Positions 13,293 to 25,190 of a stretch of 64,000 bases of DNA are shown here, piece after piece; position 1 is the first letter of the stretch, and every line of letters begins with the position of its first letter. The DNA comes from Octopus vulgaris. Its lineage: Eukaryota. The stretch is taken from assembly GCA_951406725.2 (NCBI GenBank), contig OX597831.1:6696001-6760000 (forward strand), in the 5' to 3' direction. The notes beneath the pieces are model-generated. The model saw nothing but the letters and a program-made list of their open reading frames with translations. It was not told the origin of the DNA and did no database searches. A program made the translations under genes and the position numbers.

Positions 13293-13493
13293 CCCTTTTA
13301 TTACTGTATTTCTTTCAATTAATTTTAAATATAACAAAGAATTTAGTAAAATAACTTAGTTATCATTAAGCTAATGTTAGGAACATAAACTGTGACTAAG
13401 GTTTGGTGGAAGATTTTAATTCAAAACTTATGAAAACAAGACATTTGTAACACAGACCCAGAGCCAGTTTCAGCCAGGTTGGTAACGAAAGGG
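13293..13493. mobile_element. piggyBac-like MITE
   Basis: TTAA|CCCTTT...AAAGGG|TTAA; another family member type at 24568-24788. Confidence 0.75.
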
Positions 13494-13561
13494 TTAAGCC
13501 TCTTCAAAAGAATTACTCCTAAATTAGTGAATGAAAATGTTCAAAAAGTAAAATTACTAAC

Positions 13562-13635
13562 GTGATATCACGAGGATGGAAATCCATAACTGAATTGTAA
13601 AGATAAAACCTTTTGAAATATGTCATGGCTGTTCC
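13562..13635 (-). CDS. CCNH: Cyclin H exon 3 (GTAMTYFKRFYLYNSVMDFHPRDI)
   Basis: Cyclin-box motif GTA..YFKRFYL.NSVM..HP; CAG acceptor, GTTAGT donor; 74 nt. Confidence 0.96.
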
Positions 13636-14992
13636 CTGAGGGAAGAAGAAAACAAATTTAACTTTAGAAACATATAAAACAATTCCAAAGATGCAAAAAG
13701 GAAACCAATATTGCACATTTCTTCTAGTTTTAAACCAACTGGTCTAAAACAGGCAAATAAAAATAATAAAAGAAAGAGTAAATTTTGTTTTTAAGAAAAT
13801 GATTTTTTTTTGGACATGATGCCCAAAGATGATGTAATTCAATAACTGACACTTATGGAACAACAGGCAAATGTATACAGGTGTTATACATCAACCTTGA
13901 TGTCTATTTTATGAAACCTAGAAAAATGAAGAGCATGGTTGAACTCAAAACATAAAAGACCCATAAATACACAAGGCTGTTTTTGAAGACTGCATTTCAA
14001 TGTGCCGTTCCCATAAAAATTCAATATCCTCCTGCTCAATCTGCAGAGGTCAGGTGGAATTTGTCAAGGTAGATTTTTTTATGGACAGATACCCTTCCTA
14101 TCACCAACCCTCACCTATTTCTAAGCAATGTAAATCTTTCCCCATAACCAGACATGTTTTTCAAGACTGGAAATGAAGAATCTCGCTTGAATGGCTGCGA
14201 CAAGCTTATTTAAAAGCATCACCTGATGTAGAAACAAAGTTACAGACACAAACACACACATAATATACGTGTGTGTGTGTGTGTGTGAATAATGGGCTTC
14301 TTTCAGTTTCTGTCAATCAAATCCATTCACAAGCTTTTGGTTGGCTTGGGGCTATAGTAGAAGACACTTGCCTCAAGGTTCCACAATGAAGTCTTTCTCA
14401 AAGTGAATTATAGAATCATAACCTGGCACTAATACAGGTTTTTAACTGGACAAACTGGAGCAAACAGAGAAATGCTCTCCACCAAGGAGCAGGCTGAAAG
14501 AGCAAAACGACGTCCAACTTTGTGTTGACTTTTAACCATCTTCAATTTCTTAAACACACTGAATTATTTTGTTGATTCTACATGGTTTTAGTCCTCTAGA
14601 CATAATAATGATCATCATCATTTAATATTCGTTTTCCATGCTAGAATGGGTTGGATGGTTTGACAGGAGCTGGCAAGGCTGGAGAGCTGCCCCCTACACC
14701 ACATGTCTGCTTTGGTATGGTTTCTATGGCTGGATGCCCTTCCAAATGTCAACTACTTTATAGTGTGTACTGAGTGCTTTCACGTGGCACCAGCACCCAG
14801 GTGGCATAACATTGGGGACATAATATAAATCGTTTACTTCTCATCCTTTTAACAAAATTCTTATCACTGCAGACAGACTTCTGCATTTGCACTTGTTGTA
14901 GAAAAGTATTTAAATCTCAGCAAATAAAACATTATAAAATGTCAGTAAAATCAGATCTAAATTTGAGTAACGCTACTAAATGGCTTACTAAC

Positions 14993-15115
14993 CAAAACAT
15001 ATTTCGGCATTGGTGGCTGGAAACGATTGCAGAATTCTTTCATGATGAACTCATAATGACGGGCAAGTACATATTCCTCTTCATAGGTAAAGAGAACTGC
15101 TTCAAGATCTTCATC
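14993..15115 (-). CDS. CCNH: Cyclin H exon 2 (DEDLEAVLFTYEEEYVLARHYEFIMKEFCNRFQPPMPKYVL)
   Basis: Acceptor TTTTAG and donor GTTAGT; 123 nt; EFC..F.P.MP motif of cyclin H. Not in the ORF track, read manually. Confidence 0.92.
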
Positions 15116-15496
15116 CTAAAAGAGATATAGTATAGAATTGACATTATTTACAAGGAATTGGCTCCCGCAGTTTTACTCTTCTTTTTTCACGAGTGACCTT
15201 CTAAGATCCTCACCTTTCTATAATATACTATTACCATGGTGTCCGTATTGCTCTTTCATTCTCACCTAAGATAAAATCATTTCAAGACTAAACTTTATTT
15301 TGACTGGAAACAGATTTCGATAGTAAATTGCAAACATCTTTAATTTCAGAATGACTTTTTCATTAAGTGAGGAGGAAGAGCTAGAAGAGGATCAAGACTG
15401 AAAGTTGGGAGGAAGTCAGCATAATTGTCTTAAACAGGTTTCAGATGAGGTGAGGAGAGGAGAATGTACGAATGGAGAGAATGTAGTCCAGAAAAC

Positions 15497-15880
15497 ACAT
15501 CATCATCATCATTGTTCGACAGTGCTTGAGACAATGGAATTTACTATGTTATGCCACGGTCCATCATAGCATTACGGAGGTCCTGTTGCTGGATGCCTGT
15601 ATCCCTGGAGATTACATCAGGGTAGGAGAGTGTGCGCCCTCTGGTATCGCGAGCAGATGGCTTCCAGAGGAGAAGAGTAGAAATTACCTCATTTTCAGCT
15701 CTACAACAATGTCCAACAAACTGGACTCTTCTACCTTTCACAAGAGATGATACAGGTGGTAGTTTCCCATATATTTGTACTTTGGTTGGATGACGCTTCT
15801 ACGAGAGATTTTGAGCTCTCATAAGGAGGCGAGTGTAAGTTCCATCCAACCACCTCTCAAGCTTCTTTGATAACGTCCGG
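15497..15880 (-). mobile_element. Second RTE-like LINE family 3' fragment
   Basis: LERWLDGTYTRLLMRAQNLS...GRRVQF.GHCCRA with (GAT)n tail; second copy at about 36510-36780. Confidence 0.8.
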
Positions 15881-17391
15881 GTTGTTAAATCTGAATGTAA
15901 TGAGTGTATCAAAAGTATTACTGCTTTTTCTCAAAGCTTCATCCTCATTTATGATTCTAAATTAATTTTTGCTTCTCTCTTTTATTGCCAAGTTTATAAC
16001 AGGTTGGCACACGCCTGCAACTGGAATGTCATTAATATTTCTTTCTATTGATACATTCCTCATATTTTCGTTGTATTACTTTAGATGCAGCTTCTTAAGA
16101 GTTATTTTTAAGGTGTAATGTTTTACACTGCCAAGAACTTCAATATGAAGAGCAGGGACCTCCGTATAAATCATCCTGGAAGCCCTCGGTAAATTCTGAG
16201 GTTTAATGATAGCGTGGAAATAGGTGAAGCTTCTTCCCTCTCTCTCTCTCTTCCTCCTTATTCCAGGAATTGCAATTAGGATGTTTTTCAAGTGGACTGA
16301 ATTTAATTTTTATTGTTCTAGTTCTGAACGTCAGAGTAGCTTCCATTTCGTGTCTCATCACCAGCAAACCCCTTGTAGCGCTTGATAGCAAATAGGTTTA
16401 GGAGTCTGGTCAGAACAAGGAAGTTGAGGGGAAATAAAAACTACCATAGCACTAATTAATCGTCGTCGAAGAAGGGATATTGGCAAAAAGCAAATGGTTG
16501 TATCTTTCACATAAATATTTTATAACGAGAATACATAATTATGATGGACGCATGATCAATAGTGAGGATTTGGGGCTTTAAAAAGGTCAGCAACCATCGA
16601 TAGAAATGGTCAAGATTAACATCCTCCCTTTTCATTCTGGTTCTTAAATACGTGTTGACCAATACTAAACTTTACTAACAGCATCATTTACTTTCATACA
16701 CCAAATTCTTAAAAACCCCAAATATACTTCTCTCATTCAAGTTCTACATTTATTGATGGAAAAAATACATTTTAGGTTACTGGTTGCTAAGGTAACGCTA
16801 ATATTTAATCCATAAATAAAGTTCTGTTCTTTTCCAGATATTTTTCTCATGTAATCTAAAATATTTTTTCACTTTATCCATGTTAATCGACTCTTAAGAT
16901 CCATGAAATACGTTAACATGGAAATATAAATTCATATGTATTAGAGATATTTCTTAACCAGAATGAGAACTTCTACAAGAATCGAAGAAATAAAGATCTC
17001 ATGGAATACAATGAAACATTATGTTGTAATGACGAGTAATATTTCATTTACAGTGGTTCCAATATACATTCTATCCTCGCCATTTCTATTGTTCTGTCTC
17101 TATTTATTTAAAAGTCTTCATCTAAATCTTAGATTGATTAGCGAAAATATTGCAAGCTTTTCCATGCAAACATTCGATCCCAAAGAATTAGTTCTCTCTG
17201 TACTAAATATTATCATAGAGACATTTGAACACATTCCTTGAAAACAACACTTTCATTACTCATATTGTAAATATATAAACCACTTATATTACTTTCTTTA
17301 TTAGCCACACAATAAAACTTTTATTATTAAGGTATTATTCGTGCAATCCCAATGAAATTGGAGGTTTAAGTTTCTCAAGAGATATACCTAC

Positions 17392-17508
17392 CGAGATTGA
17401 CCCTCGATGGCTTTCAACGTAATCATCGTGAGCTTTTCTTCTCAGCCGTGTGAGAGCTGAGTCCGAGTCAAATGTCCAATGTGATTTCTGTGTGCTAATG
17501 GCAAACAT
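17392..17508 (-). CDS. CCNH: Cyclin H coding exon 1 (MFAISTQKSHWTFDSDSALTRLRRKAHDDYVESHRGSIS)
   Basis: ATG at 17508-17506; resembles the cyclin H N-terminus (human MYHNSSQKRHWTF); 117 nt, followed by donor GTAGGT, phase 0. Confidence 0.93.
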
Positions 17509-17895
17509 TATTATTATTATTGCAGAAACAGACGAAACACACAAACCAAACCAAATTATAACAAACCCTAAACACAATTAAAACAACAAATCCGTGTTTA
17601 AGGCTTCCGATCTAATTGTTCGCTAATTACATAAATAAGTCAAACAGTCTGTATCTTTGCATAGACCGGTCCGGTCCTACGCAACGTTAAATATCCAAGT
17701 ATATATATATATATATATGCGACAATTTACGCTATATATACCCCCAGCAACACAATATAAACATCAACGAAGACGACTCGTCCACCATTTTGAACGATCC
17801 ATGTGGTCATTAACACCGGAAGTCGCCCGACGTCACTTCCGGCCGCATAACCCTCTCCTAACAACAACCCTGACACCGACTCGAATCTGCCACAT
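17509..17895. promoter_or_regulatory. Putative bidirectional promoter CCNH(-)/RAMAC(+), including a short non-coding RAMAC exon 1
   Basis: Locally CpG-rich; CCGGAAGT (17816-17823) and ACTTCCGG (17835-17842) are inverted ETS sites flanking CRE-like GACGTCA (17829-17835); consensus donor GTGAGT at 17896. Confidence 0.7.
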
Positions 17896-18115
17896 GTGAG
17901 TAACAAATGCACTTTTATCGCCTATTTTATTGATATTTTGGCCACAGATCTTTTTAATTTTCAACTCAAGATTTCTTTTTCAGTTTAATCCTACAGATTT
18001 CGAAACTGATGATTTGTGCAAACCGTCAAATTGTTCTATTCTCTCCTTTGTTTTATATAAAATCTTTGCTGATTCGAGTCTGGTGTGAAACTAAGAAATC
18101 CACCGATTTCACATT

Positions 18116-18991
18116 AATTGCTGTAGTTTTTATATATTTATCTTGTTTAATAATTAAGTCCAATTAATAATTAGATACCAGTAGAACTTGATATTATTTA
18201 ATTATCCATTCTAAATATTTACGACTGAATTAAATTTAACTAATTTGAATCTGATTAAAAAGTAATCTTTTAACATTTTTAATTAATGTCATAAGTTCTA
18301 ATTAATCCCATTGACGGTGTTTATCAGGAACCTAAAATATTTTTTGTTGAGCAAACAACTTTATATTTTATTTGTGATTCTGTCCGGTTTCTGATCTTAG
18401 AAAGTGAAAATAAACAGAATTCAAAATTATCCATTTTTAAACTTGAATTTATAAACACCAAATGTTTATTTTAAAAAAATAAATAAACGCTAAATATTTT
18501 AATAACCAAACGTTAAGTGCTTATTTAATACCTGAACAATAACCGTTTATTTAATAATTAAATGTTAATTATTAATTTAATGACCAAACTCGAAATATTT
18601 TCTAAAAGTTTGGAGACAGTCACTGCACACACACACACACAGCAATTGCTGTAGTTTTATATATTTATCTTTTTTTAATAATTAAATCCAAATAATGATT
18701 AGATACCAGTAGAACTTGGTATTACTTAATTATCCATTCTAAATATTTACGAATGACTTAAATTTAACTAATTTGAATCTGCTTAAAAAGTAATCTTTTA
18801 ACATTTTTAGTTAAACTTGAATTTATAAACACATCTAATGTTTATTTAAAAAGAAAATAAACGCTAAATATTTCAATAACTAAACGTTAAATGCCTATTT
18901 AATAACTGAACAATAACCGTTTATTTAATAATTAAATGCTAAGTATTAATTTAATGACCAAACTGGAAACATCTTCTGAAAAGTCTGGAGA
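18116..18991. repeat. Local tandem duplication in RAMAC intron 1
   Basis: 18116-18616 and 18644-18991 are diverged direct copies separated by a (CA)n tract; the second lacks an internal block. Confidence 0.85.
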
Positions 18992-20110
18992 ATCCAATTC
19001 GATCGAACAAGACATTGACTCCATATTTGTCACGTGTTCGTTTCTTAGAAATTTCAAATAAATCCAGGCCAAACCCTTCTTCCACCCGACTCTCCACCCG
19101 TTCGTCGTTTCTCTTTTATATTATAAACTATCGCTTAAATCCTGATTTTTATTGCTTCAGTGATGAACGAACAATTTAAATGTCGCTCTAAACAGTAAAT
19201 ATAATAAATTCAATGTTCTTCTTAATGTTGGTAAACTAAGGACGCAGATTATCCACCAAATATCATAATTTCATCTTTCTAGATTAGCAATATTTATTTC
19301 CGCAGAGATATGTTAATATCCTCGCCAAATTATACTGAATTATGTTATATTTTTAATTACGAAAACATTAAGATTAGCACAGTCACCGGTAAAATTTCCA
19401 CTTTTTTCTTATTTTTATTGTCCTAAAATTTTCGTTGCGTCTTGCAACTTTTTTCAATAGAAAAGAGTGGAAATTTTACCGGTGAGTGATGTTTAATAAT
19501 AAGGCTCAAAAAGAAAATGACTCTCCCCAGACACAACAGAATATGCTTCAACACACGAACTCATATAAAGAATCTTGCAAACCAAATCCAAAAACGGAAA
19601 TATTAAGATTAGCTTTATTTCCCTTCACAAAAGGATTAACTACCTTGTGGATTTTTTGGGTTTGCATAAAAAGGGACATGCATACATACACACGTGTGCC
19701 TCTCTTGGTCTGTTGTTATTTAGGGTATTCGTGACAACAGAGAGGATTAGTGTAAGTTTATCTGCACTTTGTTGGGAATGATGGATCGAAAGGACAAACC
19801 CAAAATTGACCACTTGTTTTTTTTTGGTTTTTTTTTCAAATACAAATAAAGAAATAACGTCAGAACAAATAGTAAAAATATTTAGATCAAATAACGTGTC
19901 TTTTGAGGGTTTAAACTGCTTGATTCGTTTTGTATCTGAATTTTTATTTCATTTGACCTGAGCTAGAAATGTTGGCGATTTACGTGTGGATGGCGAAAGT
20001 CAGTTTACAGCACTGCAGTAACTCATCTTAAGCTACGGCCATTGGTACGTGACGAAGTCTCAAACGAGAGAAATCAAATGGAGCCTTACAGAAAGTCTGC
20101 ACTTGAAATT

Positions 20111-20304
20111 GGTACTACTTGAGAACAGGGGTCCCGGTGCGCGCACTCGCGTATCCGCGCTTGCTAGTCATGAATACCGTAACATCGCTAAAAATTATTT
20201 ATTTTGTGTTTTATTTACTTTGATAAGTAGTCGTTGTAGGATCGACTAGTCACGACTAGCTAGCGCGAGTGCGCGCACTGGGACCATTGTTCTCAAGTAG
20301 TACC
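20111..20304. mobile_element. Merlin-like MITE, same family
   Basis: GGTACTACTTGAGAACA...TGTTCTCAAGTAGTACC; TSD CTTGAAATT/CTTGAAGTT. Confidence 0.8.
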
Positions 20305-21014
20305 CTTGAAGTTCGTGCATGGCCTATTTATCTGATAGGAAATCCATTGGTGTAGTAGATGGGGTTACAAAGACAACATACTGGATTGGGTGCAACGGAT
20401 CGTGCATCACATGTTGGTGGGGTTCTGGACAGCAAGATAATAAATTAAAAAAATCATTGGGTCGCTTGTTTAGTGGTTAAAAGAATATTCCCAATAAAAC
20501 GTCAGAGATATTTGTGAACGCATACATCTGTGTCCTGACAAATTATTCAACTCTTGGTGAGAAAACTTTGCCCAGGCTATTCGTATTCTAGTGGTGACAC
20601 TCTCTGAGCATCCACCTCCACTACTAACTTGGTCAACTAGGTAGCGAAAATTATCAACTACTTCTGGTTTCTTCCCTTGGAGTGTGATGGAATCTGTTTT
20701 CTGAGTATCTGTGGTGTCTATTGCCCCTGTGCATCTGCCGCACACGAAAGGGTCTCTGCTTTTGGCCATCCCAAACTCTTCAAAAACAGTTCCTCTTGAA
20801 TATTTGCAAGTCAATAATTGCAGGAAAAGCTTATGGAGTTGGGCAAACTGATTAGAGTATTCAGTGCGGGGTTTGGTGAAGTGGATACGATTTAGGTGGT
20901 GAAAGGAGAAGTAAATCAGGTGTGTTAGGGGTCAGCTAACTCTATAGAACAGAGGGAGGATTCCAGTGTTTTAGTTATAAAAAAGGCAAATGATGCTGTG
21001 GGTTTGGGATGGGG

Positions 21015-21723
21015 TGCTTGGCAGAAAAAGGCTGGCAACGGACACGAACAGATGGTGCTTTTAAAAATGGCAGTCGGGGCGGCGCTGGCAATGTGACAAT
21101 CAGATGGTTCGCTTACTTGTCACCGGCACTGGTATCACAGTTGCAATTTCCATTTATGTTGATCGACTTCGATTTTGGTTCTGCTTTCTGATATCTGATT
21201 TGATTTTTTAGGTGTGTTTTATATACTTGGTATGTACTATGGCCTACATCAGTGTCCCAAGAAGGAAAGGTATGTATAAGTCGACTGGCTACATACCAGG
21301 TAGAGGCCTCGGGTTATGGCCTCACTAGTCTTGCCGGGTCTTCTCACGCACAGCATACTTCCATAGGTCTCGATCTCTAGTCATTTCCTTGGTGAGACCT
21401 AAAGTTCGAAGGTCGTGCTTCACCACCTCATCCCAGGTTTTCCTGGGTCTACCTCTTCCACAGGTTCCCTCAACTGCTAGGGTGTGGCACTTTTGCACAC
21501 AACTATCTTCAGCCATTCTCGTCACATGACCATACCAGCGCAGACGTCTCTCTTGCACACCACAACTGATGCTTCTTAGGTTCAACTTTTCTCTCAAGGT
21601 ACTTACACTCTGTCGATTATGAACACTGACATTACACATCCATCGGAGCATACTGGCTTCATTTCTTGCGAGCTTACGCATATCCTCAGCAGTCACGGCC
21701 CATGTTTCACTACCATGTAGCAT
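21015..21723 (-). mobile_element. RTE-clade LINE 3' fragment (RT C-terminus plus 3' UTR)
   Basis: HGSETW...RRLRWYGHV.RM...GRGRPRKTW. Related pieces at 7200-7828(+), 10836-11318(+), 20567-20750(-), 39282-39640(-), 53590-53760(-), 55354-55565(-). Confidence 0.9.
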
Positions 21724-23867
21724 GTACTTTTTAAAAATGCAGGATGCATTGTAATGTGAGAATTGAACCTGTTTAACACTTAGCTCTTACATATTTATGA
21801 GTCTATTATAATAATGTGTTTTCTAAAACCTACAGGTGAGAATTTAAATGTGTGTGAGTGTGTCTATGTATTTGACCTGTTTTAGGTGTATTTTGTATAC
21901 TCGGTATGTACTATGGCTAACATCAATGAACCCAGTTTGGTTGTTCTTTCTACTGAGTCCAAGACTCTTGTTTGTCTTTAAGAATTATAAAAGTTCATTT
22001 ATTGCAACAACTGTTGATCTTGTATTATAATATTTATTACTTTTGGTTGGATTAGGTTTGCAATTCACTCTCTTGCACCTGGGAATCCTGTTACCTGTCA
22101 GCCGTAAGATCTCAGTTTACTACTGGTAGAACCCTACCACCATGGAAAATGGACGTTAAATAATGATCTGTGTTGTGTCATCGTCATCATTTAGCGTCCG
22201 CTTTCCATGCTAGCATGGGTTGGATGGTTCAACTGGGGTTTGGGAAGCCAGGAGGCTACACCAGGCCCAGTCTGATCTGGCAGTGTTTCTACGGCTGGAT
22301 GCCCTTCCTAACGCCAACCAGTCCGTGAGTGTATTGGGTGTTTTTTTCGTGCCACCAGCATGTGGGCCAGGCAAGGCTGAGATTTATTAAACTGTTAGCT
22401 ATCTGCAGCACATGTCCAGAGCTTTGTTTTCATCATGTCCCCCCATTTCAAAGCTGGCATGATGAGCTGGACAGGTGAGCCAGAGGGTTGCACCCGGGTC
22501 TATGTTTATATTATCATGATTTCTACGACTGGGTGCCTTTCCTGATACCAACCACTTTATAGAGTGTGTTGAGTGTTTTTTACATGGCACCAGCACCAGT
22601 CAGGTTACCAAGTACCTGCAAGATAAGACCCAAACCAGATTACTGTTTAGGTTCTTCTCACCCTAATCTCTTCAGGTCTTTTCACATAAACTGCCTTCCA
22701 ACAAAACCATTCACCTTGACTAGATGGTCGCCAATCTATGGCTGATTACATTATTACGCCATTAAATATGTTACATCTGAACCTGTTTGGTTCGTTAATA
22801 TAGGTGCATGTGGTCGATCCCAGCGCCGCCTTGACTGGCTTCCTTGCCAGTGGCATGTAAAAGGCACCCACTACTCACAGAGTGGTTGGCGTTAGGGAAG
22901 GCATCCAGCTGTAGAAACACTGCCAGATCAGACTGGAGCTTGGTGCAACCCTCTGGCTTCCGAGACCTTGGTAGAACCGCCCAACCCATGCTAGCATGGA
23001 AAACAGACGTTAAACGATGATGATGTGTGGCTGTGTTAAGAAATTTTACTGCCAAATCATTAGGTTCTCAGTTTCAGTCCTACCTTGTAGCATCTTGGTA
23101 AGATGTGTGTATGCTGTGTAATTTTTTTTTTTTTTACACTTTTTATTAAAGGAAGTTGTCAAGTATTTCATTTGCTATTCTTGTATTCTATATTGATCTT
23201 GGTTGGGATACAAGGTCTGCTCCAGCTGCTTCTATTTCTACATAAACTTGTGGTTACTCTGTGAAGTCATAGATCATTTGCACGACTTTTCTTGTAGATT
23301 GGATGCCCATTGACTCGTACATGTTTTGTTATTTTTATCTGGATTGGTACAGAGTTAACTAACAACCTTATCCAGCAGATGAGCTGAGAAGTTCATGGTT
23401 GCTTATATCAAATATCTTAGTGCACTTGTCAAAGACATCCAAATATAGAAACCATGCCAGCATAGAAAATAGATGTGAAATAATAATGATGACATGTAAA
23501 AGCACCAACCGATCGTGGCCGTTTGCCAGTCTCCTCTGGCCTCTGTGCCGGTGGCACATAAAAAGCACCCACTACACTCACAGAGTGGTTGGCGTTAGGA
23601 AGGGCATCCAGCTGTAGAAACACTGCCAGATCAGATTGGTGCCTGGTGCAGCCTCCTGGCTTCCCAGACTCTGGTCGAACCATCCAACCCATGCTAGCAT
23701 GGAAAACGGATGTTAAATGATGATAATGACCTTTGCTGCTCTTGCTTTTCTTATCTAGCTGGGTCAGGCTCATTATGTGGACTCCAATAAACGGTAGCTT
23801 TCTTTCGTCGGTTCATAGAAAAATAACTTTTTTTTTCTTTTTCTTACCTTTATTTCTAACAGTTAAT

Positions 23868-24055
23868 ATGTCAACTGACAACTCTGAAGACGAGGTTGTT
23901 TCAAGTGACTTTGAAAACGAACTTGAAGAACTCTTTAAATCCCGTTACACAGATGAAGACAAGGAATATCAAGAAGTTGTTGCACAGGAAACTGCACCAC
24001 CGCCAACGGTAATACCATGGCACACAAAATCCAAGAGAAACTACGATTGGTCAGG
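23868..24055 (+). CDS. RAMAC: RNA guanine-N7 methyltransferase activating subunit (RAM/FAM103A1), first coding exon
   Basis: LEELFKSRYTDEDKEYQE....PPPTV.PW matches the RAM N-domain (human FEEMFASRFTENDKEYQE...SPPIVEEW); polypyrimidine tract + AG acceptor at 23861-62; GTAAG donor at 24056. Confidence 0.9.
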
Positions 24056-24875
24056 GTAAGTTGAAATAAATTGTCGTTTCTTAAGAAGAGTAAACATCAT
24101 CTGGAACTTGATGGAAATTACATCAAATAAAGAGATTTCCTTGTGTTTTGGGAGGGTCATTATACCAGTAATGATAATAAACATATGCTTTGTTTCCTCT
24201 TTTTTATTGTGAGTCAATTGGTTAAAATATATCACCAACTAAATAACCAATTGTTTGTCAAAGTCCCTTTGTCGCTATTCACAACCTCATCAATGACATG
24301 CCCTCACTCTTCAAGGCAGGTATGTGTGTGTGTGTATACACGCTGCCGGACAGAATCTTATGACCAGTGAAAAAACTGCCAAAGTGAACTCCTTGCACAA
24401 TGATATATTTGACTATTTTTCATTATAGATTCATAATTGGCAAATAGAAAAGGATATACGAAAACCTAAAGAAATGTTTAACATTTAATGCAGAAAATAT
24501 GCATTGTAATGAAAACGAACAATATTTTGCCTGGTCAGACATTTAAGACCATGAAAAATAAGTTTAACCCTTTAGCATTTAAACCAGCCATATCCGGCCA
24601 AAAGTATTCTGCCTGTTTTATGGTCAAACTGGCCAGGTCTGGTCTCTCACACCAAACCTGCAATATCTTTTAAAAAATAACAGCTACCTCATCAAAATCT
24701 CATAGCTACAAGATTAATGCCTGATTAGTTCAAAACAATGTGGATAAAAAAGGATTAACTTTGGTAGAATAATGCAAACACTATAGGGTTAAATCTGGTA
24801 TAAACTGTAAAAATTCTAGTGTTTATGCTTTCTCTGTGTCAACATCTGCCAGTTGCTGTCTATTTCACAAGAACA

Positions 24876-25190
24876 ATGATGAGTAAAGCTAATATGTTGA
24901 TGAATTTTGAACGTGGTAGAATTGTAGAGTTCCAGCATCAAGGTCTTTCTCAGTGTGCCATCTCCAGTGAAACCACCATTGTGAACTTCTTGCAAGATCC
25001 TGAGGCATATGGATTGCAAAAATCAACCAGCCAACCAAAGAAAATATCACCAGCGTTGAGTAGAAGGATTTGATGGGAAGTTAGGGAAGCCACTAGTCAA
25101 CCATCAAACCAGATTGAGGCACTTGCAAACATGGGATGCAGCTCAAGGATGATAAGACGACATTTGAGAGAGAGAGGAACTTTGAAAGTC
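24876..25190 (+). mobile_element. Tc1/Tc3-like transposase N-terminal remnant
   Basis: FERGRIVEFQHQGLSQCAIS...VNFLQDPEAYG..KST..PKKIS HTH region, with stops. Confidence 0.7.

Noticed and set aside
19383-19485. Short inverted repeat TCACCGGTAAAATTTCCAC
   Set aside because: Real but single, no TSD; likely a small TE remnant with no supportable function.
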